NCBI GenBank assembly: GCA_041937175.2
Contig: CP166615.1
Span: forward strand, 3,296,001 to 3,360,000
Length of the DNA: 64,000 nucleotides
Source: Limnothrix sp. BL-A-16
GTDB lineage: Bacteria > Cyanobacteriota > Cyanobacteriia > CACIAM-69d
Direction: 5' to 3'
The notes below the pieces were generated by a model. It saw only the letters and a program-made list of their open reading frames with translations. It made no database searches and was not told the origin of the DNA. How positions within the stretch are numbered: the first letter of the stretch is position 1; the number at the start of each line of letters is the position of its first letter. Positions 20,070 through 28,485 of the stretch are shown piece by piece. The position numbers were made by a program, and so were the translations under genes.

Positions 20070-21788
20070 TTAGTAGTGGTTGCCTACTTTGCGATGGTGG
20101 ACGGCCGTGAGGGCATCTTCTTTTGAGACCCGACCGTTATCCACGGTGCTGTAGACCAGCCAGTGATCCCCGCAATCCATCCGGCTACTGACCTGGCATT
20201 CCAGATAGGCCAGCGCGTCGCTGAGGATGGGGGAGCCGTTGGTGGCCTGCTGGGTTTCCACACCGGCAAAACGGTCTTCACCGGGGCCAAACCGCTTCAG
20301 GAAATGCCGCATCAGATGGCCATAGTTGCCCTCTTCCAAAATGTTCAGCACGAAGCGATCGCCCACTTGCATTAGCGACTCGATCGCCCGATCTTTAGCC
20401 ACCGCGATCGTGATTCCCAGGGGCTGGAAGCTGGCCTGCACCACCCAAGAGGCCAACATGGCGCTGGCTACATCGCCCTTCTTAGCGGTGATGATGTAAA
20501 GCCCACCGCTCAAGCGGCCCAAGGCCTTATCCAAATCGGAATCCAGGGACTTCATTTGCTTGACGGTTTCTTTGACCATCAACGCCTGGCCCAAGTCCGT
20601 GCCCGCTTCTTCGCAGAGTTGATAGGTGAAAGCTTGGGGCTTGGTGCTAATCCGAATTACATCGAAGGCCGGCTTCAGACCCAAATCCCGGAAGCGGTTA
20701 AACAGGGGATAGCTCGGCTCGTCTTGGCCGCCGCCGGACTCAAACACACCAATCCGCTGCTTGTTGTTGGCCACGGTCAGGATTGTGCCGATCGCCGCTT
20801 CGCATTCTCCTTGGGGCGGCGCGGCCAAAACCAGCGCCACCGATCGCTCCACCAATTCCCGCAACTCCTGGGGATCGGCCGCCTTCAGATCCATCATTTC
20901 CACAGCCACGCCGGTTTTGGTGATCCCCTTGGCGATCGACTGGGACAACCGATCGCTGTAGCCATAGTCAGACACATAGAACACGGCGGCGGTGGTTTCC
21001 GCTTCGGCCTTGGTTTGGCTCCAGTGGCGATAGCGACCGGTGAGTTCAACCACGTTGTGGCGCAACAGGGGGCCGTGACCCGTGGCGATTGTGTGGTAGC
21101 CGGGGAGGGCATCCATCCGCTTCATGGCTCCCAAGACCGATCGAGCATTGGGGGCCATCAGGCATTCGTAATAGAACCGAAAATCCGGTTCGATCGCCCC
21201 CAAATCCGCATCAAACAGGTCATCGCTGCAATAGTGCATCCCAAAGGCATCGCAGGTGTAGAGGGTCTGCGTCCCGTGGTCATAGGTAAAGATCGTGTCT
21301 GGCCAATGGAGATTGGGTGCATTCAAAAACTCCAGCACATGCCCTTGGCCCAAATCCAGGCTCTCACCACTTTTCACCAGCAGTTTGCTGAAGGGCTGGT
21401 GAATCAGATTTTCCAGAAACTGAATCGCCACCTTGGAAGCCACCACGGTGATCTGAGGATTCAGGGCCAGCAAATCCGCCACTAGGCCGCTGTGATCCGG
21501 TTCCGTGTGGCTCACCACCAAGTAATCAATCTGGGTCGGGTCGATCGCGCCCTTCAGGGTATCCAGATAGAGTTGGCGAAATTTGGCGTGGGAGGTGTCC
21601 ACCAGGGCCACTTTGTCCCCACGAATCAGGAAGGAGTTATAGGTTGTGCCGTTTTGCAGGCCAAATTCAATATCAAAGCGATCGCGATCCCAGTCCAGCG
21701 ATCGAATCGTCAGGGTTTGGGCGGCAATCTCGGCGGTTTGAATCGTCAACCGCTTCTCGGTTTGCGGACGTTCTGTGGCGACAACCAT
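20070..21788 (-). CDS. flv3: Flavodiiron protein, Flv3 type
   Basis: NGTTYNSFL, canonical SHTEPDHSG, PNLHWPD, CDAFGMH, flavodoxin domain and C-terminal flavin reductase ending HHRKVGNHY. Confidence 0.88.
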   Translation of the reverse strand: MVVATERPQTEKRLTIQTAEIAAQTLTIRSLDWDRDRFDIEFGLQNGTTYNSFLIRGDKVALVDTSHAKFRQLYLDTLKGAIDPTQIDYLVVSHTEPDHSGLVADLLALNPQITVVASKVAIQFLENLIHQPFSKLLVKSGESLDLGQGHVLEFLNAPNLHWPDTIFTYDHGTQTLYTCDAFGMHYCSDDLFDADLGAIEPDFRFYYECLMAPNARSVLGAMKRMDALPGYHTIATGHGPLLRHNVVELTGRYRHWSQTKAEAETTAAVFYVSDYGYSDRLSQSIAKGITKTGVAVEMMDLKAADPQELRELVERSVALVLAAPPQGECEAAIGTILTVANNKQRIGVFESGGGQDEPSYPLFNRFRDLGLKPAFDVIRISTKPQAFTYQLCEEAGTDLGQALMVKETVKQMKSLDSDLDKALGRLSGGLYIITAKKGDVASAMLASWVVQASFQPLGITIAVAKDRAIESLMQVGDRFVLNILEEGNYGHLMRHFLKRFGPGEDRFAGVETQQATNGSPILSDALAYLECQVSSRMDCGDHWLVYSTVDNGRVSKEDALTAVHHRKVGNHY

Positions 21789-21925
21789 GCTCGCACCTCC
21801 TGGGCTTGACCGATCTGGATGGGGGATTTGTTAAGTTGTTTTACCTATCTTGACACAAGGGATACAGAAATACTGGGCGATCGGGCGGGGCGATCGTTTG
21901 CAGTCGTGATGCTGAAAATCGGCAC

Positions 21926-21969
21926 GACTTATCAGTAAACCTGAAGCGCTTCAAGTTTACTGATAGGTC
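21926..21969. terminator. 44-bp near-perfect inverted repeat downstream of the M23 gene
   Basis: gacttatcagtaaacctgaagc / gcttcaagtttactgataggtc. Confidence 0.55.
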
Positions 21970-22039
21970 ACATTGCTGTGCGAGCTGTCTGAATGGAGCT
22001 GGGCTGCTTGATCTGCCACTCGATCGCTCGATCGCCAGG

Positions 22040-23296
22040 CTATTGCACTTGAGCAGCGGCCTTGGTTTCGTCGATCACGGCGTATTGGACTTTATAGGAA
22101 GACTTCACCGCCTCGATCGTGGCGGCCATCAGCGCTTCAAAGGGATCTTTGGGTTTGTCAGCAGCGGCGATCGGGCTGCTTGCGCCCGCCAAGAACTTCG
22201 CCGGATCCGTCACCACCCAACCTTGGGCCGTGAGCTGACGAACTTCAAAGTGCAAGTGTGGCCCCGTGGACATGCCCGTGCTGCCCACACGCCCAATCAC
22301 TTCCCCTTGCTTAACCATGGCTCCCGGCTTCACAAAAATTTCCGAGAGGTGACCGTAAAGGGTCTTTTGCGTGTCGCCATGATCCAACACCACCGTTAGC
22401 CCATAGCCCCCCAAAAAGCCCCCGATCGAGACCTTGCCGTCCAACACCGCTACCACGGGCGTACCCAAGGGAGCCGAAAGGTCAGTGCCCGCATGAAACC
22501 GGCTGTAGCCCAAGATCGGATGCACCCGCCAGCCAAAGGAGGAGGAAATCGGAGCCAGGCTGGTGAGCGGGAACAGCATTTTCAGGTTGCCATTACCCAA
22601 CAGACCCTTGGGGCGACTGCTGCGGAAATAGTAGCTGTTGGCATCGAAGTTCACGCCGTTTAAGCCCACGGTTAGGGGGCCGATTTTGACGGAAATGGGC
22701 GATTGGGCCGGCAGGGCGCTGCCCACGGAACCAAGGCGCATGGGGCTGCCCATTTGCAGGTGGGAACCCCGATCGCCCGTGGGAATGGCCACAATTCCGG
22801 GGTGGCCAGCTTGGCCGGGTTGCCCAGGCGATCGGGTCACGGTGCAACCGGCGCTGAGGCGGCCGCCCACACTGGCACAACCGGTGGAGCGCTCTGTGAA
22901 CTGAATTTCGCTGGGCGGGGCCTGGCGTTGGGTGGCTCCCAAATTGAAATCGTTGGACTGGTCGATCGGGCCGCGGCTGGTGGGGCGTTCTGCCGGGGAA
23001 GGGGCCAAGCGAGGCACGTTCGGCAGTTCCCGTTGGGGGGTACGCTCCACGGCCGGCGCGGGCCGTTCGATTCGGGCTGGGCGATCGGGGTTGGCGGCGG
23101 GCTTCGGTTCCGGAGGTGCAGCGGGTGCTTCCGGGGCCAAGTCTGCGGAACTACCGCCGGGGGCCGCGTCGATCGCCTGGATCGGGGTTGCCAGTCCGCC
23201 GAGCAAGCTGGTCATTGCGCCAACCCACCCGAGACCTTGCAAAATGCGACGGCGACGGCGTTGGAGACGAGTGGGGAAGTTGGGGCGGTGATTCAT
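22040..23296 (-). CDS. M23 family metallopeptidase
   Basis: SSFGWRVHP..HAGTDL..YGHLS..STGPHLHFE, with a Pro-rich N-terminus. Start uncertain. Confidence 0.92.
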   Translation of the reverse strand: MNHRPNFPTRLQRRRRRILQGLGWVGAMTSLLGGLATPIQAIDAAPGGSSADLAPEAPAAPPEPKPAANPDRPARIERPAPAVERTPQRELPNVPRLAPSPAERPTSRGPIDQSNDFNLGATQRQAPPSEIQFTERSTGCASVGGRLSAGCTVTRSPGQPGQAGHPGIVAIPTGDRGSHLQMGSPMRLGSVGSALPAQSPISVKIGPLTVGLNGVNFDANSYYFRSSRPKGLLGNGNLKMLFPLTSLAPISSSFGWRVHPILGYSRFHAGTDLSAPLGTPVVAVLDGKVSIGGFLGGYGLTVVLDHGDTQKTLYGHLSEIFVKPGAMVKQGEVIGRVGSTGMSTGPHLHFEVRQLTAQGWVVTDPAKFLAGASSPIAAADKPKDPFEALMAATIEAVKSSYKVQYAVIDETKAAAQVQ

Positions 23297-23697
23297 GGCG
23301 CGGTTGGGAGCGCAATGCATGGCGTAATGGGACGGGGACAGCACAAACAGCGTTAAAAACCGGGTTCCAGGGGAAGCGTAGTTGGCTTCGGGCAGCGAAC
23401 CGCTAGGGAAAGTGTTACCAAGCCTTAGACGGCGCGATCGCCCAAAATGTTCAGAAAATGTTTAGCCACGGCCTTCAATCACAGCCAGAAACGGCGGTTG
23501 CACCCTTTGACCGGGGCTTAGAAGCCAGGAGAGTCAGACAGGATGGTTGCCAAAACCTCGGGACGCTACTGCTCTTTTCAGGCATGACAACCTTGAGTCA
23601 GGTTTGGGTCAGGGGGGTTTGGCTCAGTCCTCAGTCATGATAGCAAGGGAAAAAGCAAAAGCGCTTAACACAACCCTGCGGAAATCGAAAAGACTAT

Positions 23698-24846
23698 TCA
23701 AGGATTCTTTAAACAATCCGTAACCTCGCCACCGTCTGGGCCGGGGGGTTCAGGCGTTTGGGGCGATCGCGCATAGCCTAACCGCACCGCGCCGGGGGGA
23801 AGATGCAATTCCGCAGCAAGTTGATCGGAAAATTTGACCCGAAGTTCTCCGCGTGAGGTAATGCCCACGGCGATCCCGGTGCGATCGCCCACTTGCACCG
23901 ATCGCCCGCAGGTTTCCAGCAATTCCAAATAATCCGCCAAAAAACTTTCGAGGCCGCCCGTTTGGAGTTGTCGATCGCCCCGGTCTAAACCCGCGATCGC
24001 CAGGGCTGCCAACTCCGCGAGTGATCGAATCGGTGGCCCACCCTCCAAGGGGAAATCGGCAGACGGCAACAAAGGCGGGGCACTCAGTTGATTCGCCTTG
24101 TTCGCCAACGCACCGGCCCCATTCAGCGGATGAGAGCCATCAGCGACATTGGACGAGTCCGATGAACGATCAGCCCAATAACCCGAAAGATCTAAAGGAT
24201 CTAGGCGATCTACTAGTTGACGATCTACTAATTGATTTGATTGATCTGTTTGATCATGCAGACGATCTACTAATTGATTTGATTGATCTGTTTGATCATG
24301 CAATCGTTCCGGAAACGCCAGCTCTGGAAACAGCTCCGTGGCATTGATCCCCGTCTCAGGAACCGGATTAGCCCAATTCAACCCCAATCCCGTGACCGCG
24401 CCGGCAATTTTGCCACCCACCAGCCGGGTTTCCGTCAGCAACCCGCCCCACTTGCGTCCCCGAACGACCAAATCGTTGGGCCACTTCAGCGCCACCGGCA
24501 CACCCCGATCGCGCAGGGTTTGCCCCAAACCCCAAGCGGCCGCCAAGGTCAGTTGGGCCCCATCCTCCGGTAACAACTGGGGGGCAAAATAGCGCGAGAG
24601 ATACAATCCCCCCAAGGGCGACAACCATTGGCGGCCCCACTGCCCCCGCCCGGCCGACTGTTGCAGCGCAATCACAATCGTCCCCGGCTGGGCCCCCGCT
24701 TGGGCCAGTTCCCAGGCCACCTGATTGGTGGAGCCAGTCTCCGCTAGCACCTGCAACCTGGGCAACCGAACACCGAGCCGCGCCGTTTCGCGCAACACGG
24801 CGGCACTGAACTCTGCGGGGTCGATCGGGGTGGTTTCCAGCACCAA
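23698..24846 (-). CDS. birA: Biotin--[acetyl-CoA-carboxylase] ligase with an internal repeat insertion
   Basis: STN, QSAGRGQWGRQW, LKWPNDL, KWGGLLTE, GLGLN. Confidence 0.9.
   Translation of the reverse strand: MVLETTPIDPAEFSAAVLRETARLGVRLPRLQVLAETGSTNQVAWELAQAGAQPGTIVIALQQSAGRGQWGRQWLSPLGGLYLSRYFAPQLLPEDGAQLTLAAAWGLGQTLRDRGVPVALKWPNDLVVRGRKWGGLLTETRLVGGKIAGAVTGLGLNWANPVPETGINATELFPELAFPERLHDQTDQSNQLVDRLHDQTDQSNQLVDRQLVDRLDPLDLSGYWADRSSDSSNVADGSHPLNGAGALANKANQLSAPPLLPSADFPLEGGPPIRSLAELAALAIAGLDRGDRQLQTGGLESFLADYLELLETCGRSVQVGDRTGIAVGITSRGELRVKFSDQLAAELHLPPGAVRLGYARSPQTPEPPGPDGGEVTDCLKNP
24219..24302. repeat. Perfect 42-bp tandem duplication inside birA
   Basis: gacgatctactaattgatttgattgatctgtttgatcatgca x2, encoding LHDQTDQSNQLVDR x2. 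Confidence 0.95.
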
Positions 24847-24942
24847 TAGTTTTCTAATTGCTTTCTAATTTTTGAGGTCGTGATTGCGGCGATCGACCCT
24901 TACCCTACCGCGATCGGGTCACCCAGCGGATCGCCCCCATTT

Positions 24943-25100
24943 CATCCTCTTGCACAAACCGAATTGGATGTGTTGCCTGGTCGTTGAGCAACCCAGCCAG
25001 CAGATGAAGCCTCAAGCCAAAACAGCGACGACGATTGCGATAGTGTTCTGAGCAGATCCGAAATTGCTTCAAGTGACGAATGGCACACTCAAAACGCCAT
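24943..25100 (-). pseudogene. 3' remnant of an IS5-family (ISL2-like) transposase with a degenerate right end
   Basis: ECAIRHLKQFRICSEHYRNRRRCFGLRLHLLAGLLN resembles the C-terminus of these transposases. It is followed by tttgtgcaagagg, similar to their terminal repeat. No N-terminal part is present. Confidence 0.7.
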
Positions 25101-25360
25101 TGACTAACGCCATTGCCCAATCGCTAGGCATCTGGCGATCGACTAATGGTTGCGATTGTATTTTTTGAGGGGCCGATCGCCCTTGGAAGGGGAAGGGGAA
25201 CGATAAAATGTGGTCTGGTTGTGGTCTGGTTACGGATAATGACGCAGCACTGAGGATCGCAACCGGAAATTAGGGGCCGATCGCTGGCTGCTAATGGGTT
25301 GCAAGGGGCTGCGGTTGTCCGTGCGGGCTGAAGGATGACGTTCAGGCGAGGGTCTGGTTT

Positions 25361-25585
25361 ATGGCTTTGACGGATTTGCCGATCGCGCTGATTTTGTATG
25401 TGGCGCTGGCGGGGGCTTACCTGGTGGTGTTGCCGCTGGGTCTCTATGTTTATCTACAAAAACGGTGGTATGTGGCTAGCTCGATCGAGCGGCTCTTGGC
25501 CTACTTTGCGGTGTTTTTGTTCTTCCCCGGGCTGCTGTTGTTGTCGCCGTTTTTGAATCTGCGTCCCCAGCGTCGGGCCATTTGA
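25361..25585 (+). CDS. ndhL: NAD(P)H-quinone oxidoreductase subunit L
   Basis: [35 protein letters not shown], in the conserved ndhL-DUF3007-trpA order. Confidence 0.95.
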   Translation: MALTDLPIALILYVALAGAYLVVLPLGLYVYLQKRWYVASSIERLLAYFAVFLFFPGLLLLSPFLNLRPQRRAI

Positions 25586-25679
25586 TGCCTAGCTTGTCCC
25601 GCTTGGGCGATCGAACCAGGGTGAGGGGTTGGATGATGGTGAGCAATCGTGAGCAATTGACAGGGGCGATCGAGCAAAC

Positions 25680-26018
25680 ATGCGGCGAATTGACGCGATT
25701 CTGATCGGGTTAGGTGTCTTTTTGGGTGGGGGGCTGGTCTATGGTCTCCTGCAACTGGTGGGCATTGATGCCACCAATGCGGGCATCTGGACTCAGGCCG
25801 CGTTGGTAGTAGGATTGATGGGCTGGTTGCTGACCTATCTGGTGCGGGCCCTGACCCAAAAGATGACCTACTCCCAGCAGTTGCAAGACTACAAAGACGC
25901 AGTTTTGCAAAAGCAGTTGGAAGCGTTGTCACCAGAAGAGCTGGCCGCGTTGCAAGCTCGATTGGAAGCGGAAGCGGCGGAAACGGATCGATCGAACCCG
26001 ACCCATCCGTCACCCTAA
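25680..26018 (+). CDS. DUF3007 family protein
   Basis: MRRIDAILIG..AGIWTQA..MTYSQQLQDY..LSPEEL, and synteny. Confidence 0.9.
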   Translation: MRRIDAILIGLGVFLGGGLVYGLLQLVGIDATNAGIWTQAALVVGLMGWLLTYLVRALTQKMTYSQQLQDYKDAVLQKQLEALSPEELAALQARLEAEAAETDRSNPTHPSP

Positions 26019-26173
26019 TCCGCATTCTTCGCCACCAACGCGCCGCCCGTTCCCCCAATTCAAAGCCAGCATCCTCAGCCCCCAACGCGGGTTCGCCCTG
26101 AATCCAGCGCTTGGGCGAAGTTGCTGGCCGTTTTTGATGTCCTGACTATCGAGTTGATCGATCGCCTGCCACC

Positions 26174-26974
26174 ATGACCGTCTCTGTTTCTGAACGTTTT
26201 GCCACCCTGCGCCAAGCAGAACGCTGTGCCCTGATCCCTTTCCTCACCGCCGGGGATCCGAATTTGGCAACAACGGAGGCGGCCCTGCGGCGACTCGATC
26301 GGGCAGGGGCCGACCTAATTGAACTGGGCGTGCCCTACTCCGACCCCCTAGCGGACGGCCCCACCATTCAAGCGGCCGCCACTCGGGCCTTGGCCAACGG
26401 CACTCGCCTTGATGATGTGTTGGCACTGGTGCAGCGGGTTTCGCCGGAACTGTCCGCCCCGATCGTCCTGTTCACCTACTACAACCCAATTCTGAATCGA
26501 GGAATTGAGCAATTCATTCAAGATGTGAAAGCGGCCGGGGCGGCGGGCCTGGTTGTGCCAGACTTGCCCCTCGAAGAAGCAGACGGCCTGCTGAAGCCAG
26601 CGGCGGCGGCGGGTTTGGAAGTCACGCTGTTGGTGGCCCCGACGAGTTCCAAGGATCGGATTGAAGCCATTGCCCAGCAGTCCCAAGGGTTTATCTATCT
26701 AGTCAGTGTGACTGGGGTAACGGGGATGCGCAGCGAAATGCACGGGCGCGTTTCCGAAATTTTGGCCGCCATGCGCCAGGTTACCGATAAGCCGATCGGG
26801 GTGGGCTTTGGCATTTCCTCGCCGGAGCAAGCGGTGCAGGTGCGGACTTGGGGGGCTGATGCGGCGATCGTGGGCAGTGCCTTTGTGAAGCGACTGGCCG
26901 ACGGCACACCGGAAGAGGGCTTAGCCGCCGTTGAAGCGTTCTGCCGGGATTTACGAGCCGCCCTTGATCAATAA
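26174..26974 (+). CDS. trpA: Tryptophan synthase alpha chain
   Basis: [42 protein letters not shown]. Confidence 0.98.
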   Translation: MTVSVSERFATLRQAERCALIPFLTAGDPNLATTEAALRRLDRAGADLIELGVPYSDPLADGPTIQAAATRALANGTRLDDVLALVQRVSPELSAPIVLFTYYNPILNRGIEQFIQDVKAAGAAGLVVPDLPLEEADGLLKPAAAAGLEVTLLVAPTSSKDRIEAIAQQSQGFIYLVSVTGVTGMRSEMHGRVSEILAAMRQVTDKPIGVGFGISSPEQAVQVRTWGADAAIVGSAFVKRLADGTPEEGLAAVEAFCRDLRAALDQ

Positions 26975-27097
26975 AAATCAACGAACTAGATCAACAACGA
27001 ACTAGATCAACAAACTAAAGATCAATAGCTCAATCAACTAGGCCAATTCGATTGAGGCAAGTTCCATTCCCTCAACAGAAATAGTCCAAGTCAAGCA

Positions 27098-27125
27098 GTA
27101 GGGGCGTACGGCCGTACGCCCTTAT
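27098..27125. repeat. GTAG-type REP-like palindrome
   Basis: gtag followed by gggcgtacggccgtacgccc (20-bp perfect palindrome) between convergent genes. Confidence 0.7.
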
Positions 27126-27206
27126 CAAGTTGACCGGTGGAACTGGTCAGTGGCAATTTTGAGCAATTATTTTGAACAATTCTTGAGCAATTGTAATGAA
27201 TTGCCC

Positions 27207-27401
27207 CTACACCCAGTCGGCCATGGATTCCCAACTGTGGCGCAATTGGCTGCTCAATAATCCATTTTCCGATCGCCGATTGCGGCGGCGGGATTTGGCA
27301 GCATTCGAGCGTTTCCGCGATCGCTTGTCAACCACAATTTTCCTCAGGTCGATCGCATCGTCCCAAGAATGAAACCGGTCAGGAAAAGTTCGCTGAGTCA
27401 T
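27207..27401 (-). CDS. Small basic hypothetical protein (64 aa)
   Basis: GGAGG Shine-Dalgarno 8 nt upstream of the ATG; Arg/Lys-rich DKRSRKRSNAAKSRRRNRR. Confidence 0.6.
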   Translation of the reverse strand: MTQRTFPDRFHSWDDAIDLRKIVVDKRSRKRSNAAKSRRRNRRSENGLLSSQLRHSWESMADWV

Positions 27402-27469
27402 GATTCTGACCTCCCAAAATTGACGTTGGGGGAATTGCCAGCCCAGTTGCTGGCTTCAGAGATGCAGCC

Positions 27470-27641
27470 CCGTCGTCGATGGAATGATCCCAGTGCAATC
27501 CAGCTTCATCGTCGAAGCGAGCTAGGGATATGGACGCAAATCTCTAGGGTATTGTTCTGCGAATTGGGAACCCAATCCGGTTAACTTCGCCAGAAGCCCC
27601 CGGTTCGATCGTACCGCTCTTTTTCAGGGGCGGCGACTCAT
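27470..27641 (+). mobile_element. Possible IS200/IS605-family right-end remnant
   Basis: gcgagctaggg..gacgcaaatctctaggg..gaagcccc..ctctttttcaggggcggcgactcat resembles cyanobacterial tnpB-element 3' ends as I remember them. No tnpB ORF is present. Confidence 0.35.
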
Positions 27642-27703
27642 AAATCTTGATTCCTCAGGAATGAAGTTTCCAGAATTGTCCAAGGAATTCCAGCCCAAAT
27701 TGC

Positions 27704-28351
27704 TTACTGAGCTAATTGATCGCGCACCAACTGGCGCAATGCTTGTTCAGCAGCAATTTCATCTTGCTGAGCCTCTGCCAAAAATTGATACAAATACGCT
27801 TTTTCTACCCAAGGAAAAATGGGGCTAAATTCCGATTCTTGATAATCCCCATTTTCCAAAATAAAAATGCGCCAATCACGGCCGTTATATCGCCACAGTT
27901 CTGGAACGCCCATCGCGGCATAGAGCCGGTTTTTATCAATATCCGTGTGGGTGATATCCACTTCAACCACCAGATCCGGCGGAGGATCAGTCGCAAAATC
28001 AACTCTTCGACCTGCAACCCGTGCCTGATTTTGAATGTAGTAAGCACAATCAGGTTCTGAGCTGCGATCAAGCTCTTCACGCTCAATCCGAGTAGATCCC
28101 ATTGTTTTAATTTTCAGACCCATCTCAAAGATCATGATGATGATAAAGCGCTCAATGAGACGAATCGAAAATTCATGATCTTCCAAGGGCATAGTGATTT
28201 CTAAAACTCCATGATCATAGGTCAAGCGAGCAGAACGACGGAACGGCAGGGCATGGAGAACCTGTTGGTAAGTTTGCCAAGTTAGGCCACACAGCGTCAC
28301 ACGTTTTTCGCCGATGAGTTGGGTGGGAGCCAGCGGGGCGATCGCAATCAT
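27704..28351 (-). CDS. Uma2 family endonuclease
   Basis: RLTYDHGVLEITMP, EPDCAYY, PPPDLVVEVD, YAAMGVPELWRY. Confidence 0.92.
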   Translation of the reverse strand: MIAIAPLAPTQLIGEKRVTLCGLTWQTYQQVLHALPFRRSARLTYDHGVLEITMPLEDHEFSIRLIERFIIIMIFEMGLKIKTMGSTRIEREELDRSSEPDCAYYIQNQARVAGRRVDFATDPPPDLVVEVDITHTDIDKNRLYAAMGVPELWRYNGRDWRIFILENGDYQESEFSPIFPWVEKAYLYQFLAEAQQDEIAAEQALRQLVRDQLAQ

Positions 28352-28485
28352 TGCTCACAACTCCTGAAACGGTTGATCAGTTCTATTATCGCCAATGGGG
28401 CCAAGCAGCGGGCCAGCCACCCGATCGCCCGGATCGGTGCGCAAAGGGACTGCTATGCTGAGGGCGAGCATTCTGCAATCGCCCC

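Noticed and set aside
24021..24347. Plus-strand ORF with DLLIDLIDLFDHA repeats
   Set aside because: It is the antisense reading of the birA repeat insertion.
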